Assembly: GCA_963674755.2 (NCBI GenBank)
Contig: CAXXVS010000003.1
Span: 256,001-320,000, forward strand
Length of the DNA: 64,000 nt
Source: Desulfobacterales bacterium
Lineage (GTDB): Bacteria; Desulfobacterota; Desulfobacteria; Desulfobacterales; UBA5852
Reading direction: 5' to 3'
Part shown: positions 1 to 9,733 of the stretch, one piece after another
Position numbering within the stretch: position 1 is the first letter of the stretch
How the letters are laid out: each line of letters begins with the position of its first letter
The notes under the pieces: model-generated
Databases searched by the model: none
Seen by the model: the letters and a program-made list of their open reading frames with translations, nothing else
What the model was told of the DNA's origin: nothing
Position numbers and translations under genes: made by a program

Positions 1-2
1 TG

Positions 3-2018
3 ATCGCCGGGGATGTCCAGCCGCAAGCCGCCCTGGCCGAAGTAAAAAAGCAATTCGGCGGCATCGCCCGTCAGGCCGTTCCCGCCAAGCCCCCTATTCA
101 CCTGCAGCCGGTCAAGCCAGAGACTATGGAACTCAATACGGACCTGCCCTACGGATTGGTGGCGATCGCTTATCGCATGCCGGGCTATGACAGCCCGGAT
201 TATGCCGCCGCCCAGGTACTTTCCGATATCCTGAACAGCCCCCGCGGGGCCCTGTACGGGCTGAGTGCCAGCGGCCGGGCCTTGAGCACCGGGTTCAGCC
301 TGAGGCCCTTTCAGCAGTCCGGCCTGGGGTTTGTCGCCGCCGCCTTCCCCAGCGGGGGCGATCCCCACGCATTGCTGAAAGCCGTCCGCAAGGTGCTGGC
401 CGACGACCTGTCCCAGGGGTTTCCCGCCGATCTGGTTGAGACCGCCAAGCAGCATGCCGCTCTGGACGCCCAGCTCGACAAGAATTCGATCCCCGGACTG
501 GCCATGGCCTGGTCCCAGGCCCTGGCCATTGAGCAGCGCCGGTCGCCGGAAACGGATGTGGCGGCGATCCGGCAGGTCAACGCCGCGGATGTCAACCGTG
601 TGGCCCGCCAATACCTCGATCCGGACCGAACCATTGTCGCCATTCTGACACCCCAGCCGTCGGGCGGGCCCACGGCGTCCTCCGGCTTCGGCGGCAAGGA
701 ATCCTTTGCGCCCGAAAAAGCAAAGAGCGTCAAGCTCCCCGCCTGGGCCTCCGCTGCCCTAGAGCGCCTCACGATGCCCACGCCGTCCACCCATCCGGTG
801 ACCACCATCCTGCCCAATGGCCTGCGCCTGATCGTGCAGCCCTCATCGGCCAGCAACACGGTGAGCATCTACGGACACGTCCGCAACAACCCCTACCTGC
901 AAATCCCGGCCGGCCGGGAGGGGGTGGACGATGTGCTGGACCAGTTGTTCTCCTACGGTACCCGCACTCTGGATCGATTGGCCTATCAAAAAGCCCTGGA
1001 CGACATCGGCGCGTACGCCTCGGCCGGTGCCGACTTTTCCCTGCAAGTGGCCGCCGACCGGTTCGAACACGGCGTTCAACTGCTGGCCGACAATGAACTC
1101 GATCCCGCCCTGCCGGAGGCGGCCTTTCGGATCGTCCGCCGGCAGGTGGCGGATACGGTCGCCGGTCAGCTCCAGAGCCCTGACTATCTGACCGCCAGGG
1201 CCCTCCAAATAGCACTCTTTCCCAAGGGCGACCCCGCGCTGCGGCGGGCCACGCCGTCCACGGTGTCTTCCCTGACGCTGGAGGATGTCACGTCCTACTA
1301 TCACCATGTTTTTCGCCCGGACCAGACCACCTTGGTGGTCATCGGCAACATCACCCCGGAAAGCGCCCGGCGCGCGGTCGAACACTATTTCGGCCCCTGG
1401 ACGGCGACCGGACCGAGGCCGAACACGGTCCTGCCGCCGGTGCCGCCCAACGCGCCGACAACCACCCGGGTGCCCGATGCGAGCCGGGTGCAGGACAAGG
1501 TGATCCTGGCCGAAACCCTCGGCCTGACCCGGCACGATCCGGATTATTATGCCCTGGAACTCGGCAACCATGTGCTGGGCGGCGGGTTTTACGCCACCCG
1601 CCTCTACCAGGATCTGCGGGAGAAGACCGGACTGGTCTACAATGTCTCTTCGTCTTTCCAGGTGGGCCGGTCCCGGGGCCTCTACATGGTGGCCTATGCC
1701 TGCGATCCCGCCAACGTGGCCAAGGCGCGGGGTATCGTGGCGCGCGATCTTGAGGAGATGCAATCGACCCGGATCGACGAGGACGCACTGCGGCAGGCCA
1801 AGGCCATGCTGCTGCGCGAAACTACCCTGGCCGAATCGAGTCTGGGCGCCATTGCGAATGGCTTTCTCTCCCGGGTGGATTTGGATCTGCCCCTCGACGA
1901 GCCGACCCGGGCGGCCCACCGCTATGTGAATCTGAACGCCGCACAGGTTCAGGCGGCCTTTGCCAAGTGGCTACGCCCCGCGGACCTGGTTCAGGTGACC
2001 GAAGGGCCACCGCGCTGA
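3..2018 (+). CDS. M16 family (insulinase/pitrilysin-like) zinc peptidase, 5'-truncated by the window edge
   Basis: The frame is open from position 3 (IAGDVQPQAALAEV...) into the 126..2018 ORF. Two-unit M16 layout: 'TTILPNGLRLIV', 'YYHHVFRPDQTTLVVIGNI', 'RLYQDLREKTGLVYNV'. The second unit lacks HxxEH, so the catalytic N-terminus is presumably upstream of the window. Confidence 0.9.
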   Translation: MAGDVQPQAALAEVKKQFGGIARQAVPAKPPIHLQPVKPETMELNTDLPYGLVAIAYRMPGYDSPDYAAAQVLSDILNSPRGALYGLSASGRALSTGFSLRPFQQSGLGFVAAAFPSGGDPHALLKAVRKVLADDLSQGFPADLVETAKQHAALDAQLDKNSIPGLAMAWSQALAIEQRRSPETDVAAIRQVNAADVNRVARQYLDPDRTIVAILTPQPSGGPTASSGFGGKESFAPEKAKSVKLPAWASAALERLTMPTPSTHPVTTILPNGLRLIVQPSSASNTVSIYGHVRNNPYLQIPAGREGVDDVLDQLFSYGTRTLDRLAYQKALDDIGAYASAGADFSLQVAADRFEHGVQLLADNELDPALPEAAFRIVRRQVADTVAGQLQSPDYLTARALQIALFPKGDPALRRATPSTVSSLTLEDVTSYYHHVFRPDQTTLVVIGNITPESARRAVEHYFGPWTATGPRPNTVLPPVPPNAPTTTRVPDASRVQDKVILAETLGLTRHDPDYYALELGNHVLGGGFYATRLYQDLREKTGLVYNVSSSFQVGRSRGLYMVAYACDPANVAKARGIVARDLEEMQSTRIDEDALRQAKAMLLRETTLAESSLGAIANGFLSRVDLDLPLDEPTRAAHRYVNLNAAQVQAAFAKWLRPADLVQVTEGPPR

Positions 2019-2217
2019 ACGCTGAAGATCAGAAAAGCGTCCCTCGCAAATAAAGGATCCATGGCCGGACGGCATGCGGCATCCATTGACGGTTTGGCCC
2101 GTGGAACCCAAGCGTTGTCACGCTCGTATGATTAACGATGAAAACCGGCGGAGATCGCACCCATTCCAACCTCCGCCGGTTCCTTTGATCTCAAGTGCTT
2201 TCTGCCTTAGGTTTGCT

Positions 2218-3315
2218 TCACTTCTTGTTCATGGTCTTGATTTTCAAGGCGATCTCTTTCCAGCGCTCCTTTTCGACACGGTTCGCACTTTTGTGTTGGC
2301 GCTGGGCCAGATAATCCAGTTCCCGTTTCATCTTGCGATAGTTTTCCAGCCGGTCCGTTGGGATTTCGCCGTCATCGACGGCCTCCCGGACCCGACAACC
2401 GGGCTCGTGGGTATGACTGCAGTCCGAAAAGCGGCATCCTCGGCCAAGCCTTTCAATTTCGGGAAAGGCCGTTTCAATTCCGCTGTCGGTTTCCCAGAAA
2501 GCGATTTCCCGGATGCCCGGGTTGTCGATCACCATTCCCCCCTGGGGCATCCGGATCAGATCCCGGGAAGTAGTTGTGTGTTTACCCTTGCCCACATGGG
2601 TGCTGATGGAACCGGTAAGCTGTATGGATTTACCGTAGAGCCGGTTTACCAGAGTGGATTTGCCCGCCCCGGAAGACCCCACCAGGGTCGTGGTCCGGCC
2701 GCCGGACAAATAGGGTTCCAAAGCTGTCAGGCCGTCGTTATCCGTTGCGGAAACCAGGTGGATGGGAACACCGAAAGCGACCGCCTCCACTTCACTGACA
2801 AAATGGGCCGGATCTTCGTGCAGATCGGCTTTGGTCAGGATGATCGCCGGCGTTAGGCCGCAATTGTAGACCAGGGTCAGGTAGCGCTCGATGCGGCGTA
2901 GATTGAAATCCCGGTCCAGCCCGCAAACAATAAGGACGGTATCGAGGTTGGCGGCAATGACCTGTTCCCTTTGGGGCTGGGCCGCCTGCTTGTTATGCGT
3001 ACCGGAAGCACCCCGGGACAAGGCATTCCGGCGCACCAGCACCCTGGCAATCACGGCCTCTTTCATGAGGACCCAATCGCCGGTAACCGGAAAAAGCCCG
3101 CCGGCCCCATGTTGGAGTTTCCCGGCCAGTGTGGCCCGCCATTCGCGCCTGCCGTCGCTGGTGCGAAAGCTGTTTTTGCCTACCCCTACCACGCGGGCCG
3201 GGATAAGACCGTCGCCGGAACCGTGCTCCCATTGGGTTTGAAAATGGGATGTCCATCCCATCTGGGAAAGGTGATGACGGTTATCGTTTCTATTCATATC
3301 GTGTTCGATGTTCAT
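2218..3315 (-). CDS. rsgA: Ribosome small subunit-dependent GTPase A (RsgA/YjeQ family)
   Basis: OB-fold 'PVTGDWV', 'IAANLD', circularly permuted G motifs TKAD, VSA, GSSGAGKST, HTTT, DNPG, and zinc finger CRFSDCSHTHEPGC. Start uncertain (3327 GTG, 3315 or 3297 ATG). Confidence 0.93.
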   Translation of the reverse strand: MNIEHDMNRNDNRHHLSQMGWTSHFQTQWEHGSGDGLIPARVVGVGKNSFRTSDGRREWRATLAGKLQHGAGGLFPVTGDWVLMKEAVIARVLVRRNALSRGASGTHNKQAAQPQREQVIAANLDTVLIVCGLDRDFNLRRIERYLTLVYNCGLTPAIILTKADLHEDPAHFVSEVEAVAFGVPIHLVSATDNDGLTALEPYLSGGRTTTLVGSSGAGKSTLVNRLYGKSIQLTGSISTHVGKGKHTTTSRDLIRMPQGGMVIDNPGIREIAFWETDSGIETAFPEIERLGRGCRFSDCSHTHEPGCRVREAVDDGEIPTDRLENYRKMKRELDYLAQRQHKSANRVEKERWKEIALKIKTMNKK

Positions 3316-3630
3316 GGTTAAGTCCACCCTATCTTTTTCGTTGATGATGCTGCAAAACGCCTCCTACCCGCCACATTAGCAAAGACGGGATTCCGGGCTT
3401 CGAAGGATGAATGGGCAACGCTTCGCCAGCGCATGAAAACGCTCGCGCTCACACGTGCCGGCGCTTGTGACGATGTTTATCGATCGGGATATGAGGGGTG
3501 TTGCTGACAGGGGCGGCAGGTATAGCGCCAGATGCTCAATCAGAGACCTGCTGAGGAGGGATTGGGAAAACGCGATCTGGAATTAAAGAAAACCGCTCTT
3601 TAAGGATACCGCAAAACGATGCTCAATCCG

Positions 3631-3693
3631 CTACCGGCAATTGGTCCCCATGTCGGCAACGATTGGCACAAGATCCATTAACTTCTTGAACAT
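3631..3693 (-). CDS. Putative leader peptide (uORF) MFKKLMDLVPIVADMGTNCR upstream of rsgA
   Basis: ATG at 3693 follows GAGGG; TAG at 3631-3633. It lies ~30 nt after a good promoter and ~315 nt before rsgA. Too short for the ORF track. Confidence 0.55.
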   Translation of the reverse strand: MFKKLMDLVPIVADMGTNCR

Positions 3694-3729
3694 AAAGCCC
3701 TCTTTCATCTGTGTTGGATAACGGCGTTT

Positions 3730-3757
3730 ACTATACGATAACCTCAGGGGCCGTCAA
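3730..3757 (-). promoter_or_regulatory. sigma70-type promoter for the uORF-rsgA transcript
   Basis: Minus strand TTGACG (3757-3752), 16 nt, TATAGT (3735-3730). Confidence 0.65.
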
Positions 3758-3905
3758 GGATAACCCGCACCAGACACCATCGCTATAAGCACTTTGTCTC
3801 GAGGCTTCTTGCGCAATAAGTACGCCCACCAAAGCAGAGAAAAGAAATCGGGCCAGGCTTGGGGCCCGGCCTTGAGGATGGATCACATTTTTAAGGGCCT
3901 GGGAC

Positions 3906-5078
3906 CTATGCCTCTTGTCCGCTGCGCAGCCGCGGCGGCAGAATGAAGACTTTGCGCAAGCCTTCCTTGAGCGAAATGGCCGCTTCCGGGCAGAAGCGGG
4001 CGCAAACGCCGCATCCCAGGCAGGCGCTTTCGTCCCGCACGGCCAGTCCCTCTTCACTAAGCGCAATCGCATCGGTGGGGCACCAGTCCACGCAAGTGCC
4101 GCAGCCGGTGCAGGCCCCGTGATCGATCACGGCCAGGTGATAGGTAGAGTTCACCATGGGCAGCGTGCCGTCGCGCCAGAGCCGCAGGGTGTCGCAGCAA
4201 TCCTTGCAGCAGTTGCAGATGCTGGTTTCTTCGGCGGACTCCCGTGCGCCCGGGTGAAAGGCCTTGTGGATCAGGCCGGCCTGTTCGGCCTCTTTGAGAA
4301 TCGCGAGGGCTTCCTCCCGGGTGACGGCTTTGGCGAAGCCCTGGGCCACGGTGTGGCGGGCCGACTTGCCAAACGTAAAGCAGTTGACCACCGGCGCCTG
4401 GGTGCGGCAGGGCTCCCCCAGCAGACTGCGTCGCTGGCGGCAGAAGCAGTGCCCTACGGCGATGTCGTCGAATTTTTCAATGATCTCCTCCACCGTCTGG
4501 CTCGGAAGGACGAACTCTTCGTTGGCGTCGATGGGTTTGTCGACCGGGATGACCCGGATCGGCCCTCCTTCGGTGGTACGGCCGCCCGGCACGGTGCGGT
4601 CGATGGCCGGGGCGGCTTTAAAGAAGGGCAGCAGGGCATCGTAATTGCCCTGGGTCTGCTCCCGGAGGTCGGCCATCATCTTTTCGAACAGCCGGGCCAG
4701 CGCCTTTTCCGCGTCGCTGCCATTCAGTTTTCCCATGAACTTGTATTCCATCAACCCGATCATCATGAGGGGCAGGAGACGATAGACCATCACTCCACGG
4801 GAATTGGGCTGATTGAAGACCAGTCCCTTTTGCGCCAGGCTGTCCGCCAGGGCGCCGGCCTTTTCCGCGGGAAATCCGCTGGCTTCGGTCAACTGTGCCA
4901 GCGTCTGGGAGGGCTTGTCGCGAAAGGCATGGATCAGGTCCAGCTCGTCTTCCGCTTCTCCCACCACACGCTGGATAATGGCCACCGCCGTGGGGGAGAC
5001 CGGAAACGGAACCATTCCCTGCCGGCAGATGACGCCGGCGGCGCGTTCGAACTTTTCCTGCAAGGGCGTCTCGGTCAT
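3906..5078 (-). CDS. Fe-S protein: N-terminal helix-turn-helix-like region, Cys-rich core, C-terminal 2x[4Fe-4S] ferredoxin domain
   Basis: CFCRQ..C..C, ICNCCKDCC, CTGCGTCVDWCP, CLGCGVCARFCP. ATG at 5078 follows GAGGAG. Confidence 0.85.
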   Translation of the reverse strand: MTETPLQEKFERAAGVICRQGMVPFPVSPTAVAIIQRVVGEAEDELDLIHAFRDKPSQTLAQLTEASGFPAEKAGALADSLAQKGLVFNQPNSRGVMVYRLLPLMMIGLMEYKFMGKLNGSDAEKALARLFEKMMADLREQTQGNYDALLPFFKAAPAIDRTVPGGRTTEGGPIRVIPVDKPIDANEEFVLPSQTVEEIIEKFDDIAVGHCFCRQRRSLLGEPCRTQAPVVNCFTFGKSARHTVAQGFAKAVTREEALAILKEAEQAGLIHKAFHPGARESAEETSICNCCKDCCDTLRLWRDGTLPMVNSTYHLAVIDHGACTGCGTCVDWCPTDAIALSEEGLAVRDESACLGCGVCARFCPEAAISLKEGLRKVFILPPRLRSGQEA

Positions 5079-5455
5079 GGCATATCGCTCCTCGGTTGTG
5101 TGTATCATAAAAAAAAGCCGATCAAAGCAGGCAAGGGATCGGATTGTCAAGCATCTCTTGATCGCGATCGTATCATGCCAATTATTTTTGACGGTTAAAG
5201 TAGTTTTCTGCTAAGGTTCAGGTTCTGCATTTTCTAGCCTGAATCTGATTCTCGAAATTTTCCCCTTTGATTGGCAGCCCGATAGCATTTAAGCGGTGTC
5301 GGCAGGCTTAACCGCCTCTTCAAAACCCCATCCGCTTATAGGGCGGCAGCTCCCAACCCGCCTGCTATCGATGCGGCTGACAACCCCGATCCAGGGGGAG
5401 CCCTTCGGGAGTCCCGTATCTGAATTCGTGTACGGACTTCAATTTGAAAGGACGC

Positions 5456-6292
5456 ATGATGGCGTTAACTTCCTGGCACTACATATGGCTTGTGGCCATG
5501 GGGGTCGGTGTGGGATGCTACGGAACCCTGATCGGGGCGGGGGGCGGGTTTGTCTTGATGCCGGTTCTGTTGCTGCTTTATCCCCACCAAAATCCCAACT
5601 TGTTGACGTCCATCTCCCTGGCCGTCGTCTTCTTCAACGCCTTATCGGGTTCCGAAGCCTATGCGATGATGAAACGTATCGATTATCGCTCGGGCTTTTT
5701 CTTTTCCATGGCGACGATTCCGGGGGCCGTCATCGGCGCCTTGAACACGAACTACGTGCCCCGTCGCATGTTTGATATGATTTTTTCGGTCTTGTTATTG
5801 GTAGCCGCTGTTTTTTTGGTATGGCGCCCCTCCCGGACCAAACACGTAGCCAAGACGGCACGCGCCGGATCCCGTAAAACCACACGCCGGCTGGTCGATG
5901 CCCATGGTGACCATTATGAGTATTCGTTCAGTTTCCGTTTAGGCATGACGATAAGCGTCTTTGTCGGCTACATCTCAAGCTTTCTGGGCATCGGCGGCGG
6001 GATTATCCATGTTCCCGCGCTCAGCTATTTTCTGAATTTCCCGGTGCATGTCGCCACGGCAACCTCCCATTTCATCTTGGCCATCATGGCGTTGACCGGC
6101 ACCATCGTTCACATCATGACAGGAACGTTTGCCCACGGTGTCCACCGGACGATCGCCTTGGCCATCGGCGTTGTATTGGGGGCTCAAATCGGCGCCCATC
6201 TGTCCGAAAAGGTGAAGGGCGGCTGGATTATTCGTGGCCTGGCAATTGCTCTGGGGGTTGTGGGGCTGCGGATATTTTTCCTGTCCTGGTAA
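5456..6292 (+). CDS. Sulfite exporter TauE/SafE family membrane protein
   Basis: Internal duplication 'GTLIGAGGGFVLMP' / 'SFLGIGGGIIHVP', 'ATATSHF', about 8 hydrophobic segments. RBS AAGGA at 5448. Confidence 0.9.
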   Translation: MMALTSWHYIWLVAMGVGVGCYGTLIGAGGGFVLMPVLLLLYPHQNPNLLTSISLAVVFFNALSGSEAYAMMKRIDYRSGFFFSMATIPGAVIGALNTNYVPRRMFDMIFSVLLLVAAVFLVWRPSRTKHVAKTARAGSRKTTRRLVDAHGDHYEYSFSFRLGMTISVFVGYISSFLGIGGGIIHVPALSYFLNFPVHVATATSHFILAIMALTGTIVHIMTGTFAHGVHRTIALAIGVVLGAQIGAHLSEKVKGGWIIRGLAIALGVVGLRIFFLSW

Positions 6293-6369
6293 CGGTTGCC
6301 AGACTGATCGGAACCAGCGAGGGTTGCCGAGGCAATATCAACCACAAAATCGATACGGGCGAGGGTCAC

Positions 6370-6717
6370 ATGGTAAATCAAGTTCCCCCGGATCAGGACA
6401 AACTCATCGTGGACGAAATTCTTCTTTTTTTTCAGGAGAAGCGAACCATATTAATGACGATCCGGATGGCGATAGGGACCATCATGGTGCAGGTATCCAT
6501 CCTGAGCTTTCTGATTGCGACCTCCCGATTCTACCAATTGGTCGAGGTGATGCACCTGGTGGTGCCCTTTATCGTGCTGAATGCCATCGTGTTGGGTGTG
6601 GCCGGCTATTTTCTGGTCGGATCGCTCATTCAACTGCATCGCTTGGAGCGCCAAATCGTAAGATACAAGCGGGGCCATTCCCGCATTGCCGCATGCATGG
6701 ATAAAGGTGCCCGTTAG
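6370..6717 (+). CDS. Small two-TM membrane protein, DUF202/YidH-like
   Basis: 'QEKRTILMTIRMAIG' resembles the DUF202 'ERTxLAWxRT' motif; two hydrophobic helices; GAGGG RBS. Confidence 0.6.
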   Translation: MVNQVPPDQDKLIVDEILLFFQEKRTILMTIRMAIGTIMVQVSILSFLIATSRFYQLVEVMHLVVPFIVLNAIVLGVAGYFLVGSLIQLHRLERQIVRYKRGHSRIAACMDKGAR

Positions 6718-6890
6718 AAAACGCTTTTACCGATTTCCGTTTTATTCATCCGCCGCATGCCTTCAGACAAAACGCCTTCCCGATCCACCGCGCACCTATC
6801 CCTTCCCCAACATTGAAAAAAAGGAAGTCATGATTATGCTCAATGGCATGGCAGACCTTCTCGTTCAAACAACTCAAAGAGGAGCGTAGC

Positions 6891-7388
6891 ATGGCGACTT
6901 CGACCGGCAAACAATTGGCTCAAGATATCCGACAAAAAATCGGGGAGCTGAAAACCGTATGCGACGGGATTGATGAGAAAACGGCCTCCCGGGCCCCCGA
7001 AGGGCGCTGGTCCCCCAAGGAAATCCTTTCCCACCTGGCCGGGCCTGAAGGGTCGGGCCATATGGCGATCCTGCAGGCCTTTCTCGACCAGGACACCCCC
7101 CGGATCGACCTCGAGGCCGAGGACCCCTTCTTTTCCGAAAAGCGTGACCGGATGACCTTTGCCGAACTCGTCACGCAGGTCCAAGAGGAATACGAAGGCG
7201 TCGCCGCGTTTGCCGACGGCCTTTCAGGGGAACAACTCGATCGCAAGGCCCATATCCCCATGCTCAAAGACTCGCCCCTGGGGGACTATCCGACCCTCGA
7301 GGGACTCATCGGAGGGCTGGGGTCGTATCATGTTCAGTTTCATGCGGACCATCTGCGCGAAATCCTGCAAGCGCTTGGACGGGGCTAG
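6891..7388 (+). CDS. DinB/YfiT-family protein
   Basis: '[14 protein letters not shown]' and C-terminal 'HVQFHADHL' His motif. GAGGAG RBS precedes ATG 6891. Confidence 0.85.
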   Translation: MATSTGKQLAQDIRQKIGELKTVCDGIDEKTASRAPEGRWSPKEILSHLAGPEGSGHMAILQAFLDQDTPRIDLEAEDPFFSEKRDRMTFAELVTQVQEEYEGVAAFADGLSGEQLDRKAHIPMLKDSPLGDYPTLEGLIGGLGSYHVQFHADHLREILQALGRG

Positions 7389-7571
7389 AATCGACCTCAA
7401 AATGACGTTTCTCTTCACCGCCTGATACGCGGCGCACCTGCCCAGGCCCGGGTAGTCGAGCCTGGGCGGTACAGTCTCTTCACCGGTGTCAGGGGCCATC
7501 ACGGTTACACGGCTTCATAGTGCTTCACCTATGCAGATTGTCTTCCTGACCTCAGCGCCTGAAAGATTGCC

Positions 7572-8366
7572 ATGTGGTTAAACGCATCCTGCCTGCTTGA
7601 ATTCCAGATTCCGGTTCCAACGCCGTTTTTGCTCACGCTGCGCCCTCGGAGTGGACGGCAGCAGTGGATCGCACGCGAAGAATACGTTTTGTCGCCCAGC
7701 GTACCGGTGGTCGAGTTCACGGACGCCTTTGGCAACCTGTGTCAGCGGCTGGTTGCACCCGCCGGCTATTTTTCGGTGCGCACTTCCGTTGATGTCGAAA
7801 CCGCGGACGCGTCCGACACGGCCCCCGGGGCGCCCTTTGTCGAAGTACAGCATCTGCCCGATGAAACCCTGCCGTTTCTTTATCCCAGCCGGTATTGCGA
7901 GTCGGATCGTTTTACCGACATGGCGGCCTCGATCACGGCGGGCCGGCCCTCCGGCTACGATCAATGTCATGCCATCGTTGAGTATATCCGCCACGCGATA
8001 CGGTACACGCCCGGCGCCGGACAGCAGATCATCAGCGCCGCCGAGCTCAACCAGCTGGGCAGCGGCGTTTGCCGGGACATGGCCCATTTGGGTATCGCTT
8101 GTTGCCGAGCGCTGTCAATACCGGCACGTATGGTGGTGGGCTACCTCGAGGCGCTGGCACCGATGGATTTACACGCCTGGTTCGAGGCCTATGTTGGAAA
8201 TCGATGGTACACATTCGACCCGACGCAAGCCGATCTGCGGGGAGGACGCGTCGCAATCGCTTTTGGCCGCGATGCGTCCGACGTTGCCATTTACACCCAA
8301 TTCGGCGACCCGGTGGACCTGCTCAATATGAACGTCAACGTTGAACGGATGCCCGGACCGACCTGA
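7572..8366 (+). CDS. Transglutaminase-like protein
   Basis: 'GVCRDMAHL', '[10 protein letters not shown]', 'DLHAWFEAY', 'WYTFDPT' give the Cys-His-Asp triad; 'PSRYCESD'. Confidence 0.92.
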   Translation: MWLNASCLLEFQIPVPTPFLLTLRPRSGRQQWIAREEYVLSPSVPVVEFTDAFGNLCQRLVAPAGYFSVRTSVDVETADASDTAPGAPFVEVQHLPDETLPFLYPSRYCESDRFTDMAASITAGRPSGYDQCHAIVEYIRHAIRYTPGAGQQIISAAELNQLGSGVCRDMAHLGIACCRALSIPARMVVGYLEALAPMDLHAWFEAYVGNRWYTFDPTQADLRGGRVAIAFGRDASDVAIYTQFGDPVDLLNMNVNVERMPGPT

Positions 8367-8596
8367 CTGAGGCAGGACATGGCGGCGCATTAAACCCGGA
8401 GCGTATCGCAACCTGCTCGGTGGCAAACGGGTCTTTCACGTCTGGCCCTTGACGGAACGCCCGTGGAACGATGGTCTAACCGGCGTCGTCCATGCCCGCC
8501 CCATCACGCCGACTTCCGCAAAGTTTGCACACTAATCAGGGCACCATGGCGCCCGTTTAGGGCAATTTCTCAACCTCCCCCCAACGAACACCCCGT

Positions 8597-8630
8597 AATC
8601 ACAAGATTGTTTTCTTGGTATGCATATTGC
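8597..8630 (+). promoter_or_regulatory. sigma54 -24/-12 promoter with adjacent IHF-like site, upstream of the Sel1 gene
   Basis: TGGTATG-CATA-TTGC at 8616-8630 (GG-N10-GC). AATCACAAGATTG at 8597-8609 has one mismatch to WATCAANNNNTTR. Confidence 0.55.
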
Positions 8631-8749
8631 GGTTATCATCGCTCATGGCGTCCTTCGGATAGGATCCAATAGAGGCCGCGCTGTCCGCCAATTACCGCTG
8701 CGCTTGGCCGATCGTTGCAAAAAACCGTGGAGAAAGGAATCGAATTCCG

Positions 8750-9454
8750 ATGAAATACCAAGCTTGGGTTGGCTTTATCGCGCTGGTCGTCACCTGCACG
8801 CCGGTGGCGGGTCTATGCGCCGGAAATACACTTATTGACGCGGCGAACTTGATGGATCAGGGGCAAACGGCGGAAGCCCTTCAGCTATTCGAGAAGCTGG
8901 CGGCCGAAGGGGACGACCGGGCCATGGTGCTGTTGGGCGTCTATTACTACCAGGGGGACAAGGTGCAACAGGACTATGACAAGGCCATGGACTGGTTTCT
9001 GCGCGCCTTCGCACGCCAAAATGCCGCGGCCTTCGTCTATCTTGGCGCCATGCACTACGAGGGGCATGGTGTACCGCAGAACAAAAAAATCGCCTACTGC
9101 GTCTTCCTGACAACCCATATGGGCGGATTGGGTTCACAAACGACACAGCTTCGTTCAAATCGCTATTTAAGACGAATTTTAAACGAGCTGTCCCAGGAAG
9201 ATGTCAAGGATTGCCTTTCGCACTATACCCGGGGCTGCATTAGGGCCTATCTCGATCAAAAGGAAACGCTGGTCTTCAGCCTCGACCATCCGGTCAACCC
9301 GGTGTCCTGCGACTGGAACGAATGGCAGCAACCGGCCTACGCCCTGAAAAACAAAATGGAGAGTTTTGCGCTTCTTCATGGCAAAGAGCCACGCAGCAAG
9401 ACGACTGATCTGCCGGCGAATTCACCGGAACTGCGGTTCAGGGTTGAAAAGTAA
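8750..9454 (+). CDS. Exported Sel1-repeat protein
   Basis: Signal-peptide-like N-terminus; Sel1 repeats 'AMVLLGVYYYQGDKVQQDYDKAMDWF' and 'AFVYLGAMHYEGHGVPQN'. Confidence 0.8.
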   Translation: MKYQAWVGFIALVVTCTPVAGLCAGNTLIDAANLMDQGQTAEALQLFEKLAAEGDDRAMVLLGVYYYQGDKVQQDYDKAMDWFLRAFARQNAAAFVYLGAMHYEGHGVPQNKKIAYCVFLTTHMGGLGSQTTQLRSNRYLRRILNELSQEDVKDCLSHYTRGCIRAYLDQKETLVFSLDHPVNPVSCDWNEWQQPAYALKNKMESFALLHGKEPRSKTTDLPANSPELRFRVEK

Positions 9455-9733
9455 TAACGGCGGTGGACAACTCATGATCTTCAGGTACAGGCGGCAGGAC
9501 GATCAACTTGAACTGACGCCCATCACCTGGAAAGGCCCTCAGCCCGAGGGCGCGACCACCTGGATGCTGTCATTGGCAAACAAGGGCACCGATACCAGCC
9601 CTTGATCGACTGAAAAATCCGATCAGCCCATCGGGGGCGCCAAAACCTCACGTCGCCTCCGATGCCGCCCTATGGACAATCGGCCGAATTAGCCCCTAAA
9701 ACACAATTTTTTTAAAAATATTTGCGATATTGC

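Noticed and set aside
843..1919. Long antisense and alternate-frame ORFs throughout the track (e.g. 843..1919-, 3915..5198+, 19275..21485+, 35150..36718-, 46618..47940+)
   Set aside because: They shadow well-supported genes and have no motifs or RBS. This is expected from high-GC codon bias.
5339..5370. c-di-AMP (ydaO) or Moco riboswitch before tauE
   Set aside because: Only short fragments resemble the consensus (TAGGG...CCCAACCCG; CCAGGG...TCCCGT). The other conserved blocks are not visible, so it is kept as an unassigned leader.
9366..9605. Short ORF after the Sel1 gene as an independent gene
   Set aside because: No recognisable motif and the track start overlaps the Sel1 gene. It may be a gene remnant but cannot be supported.
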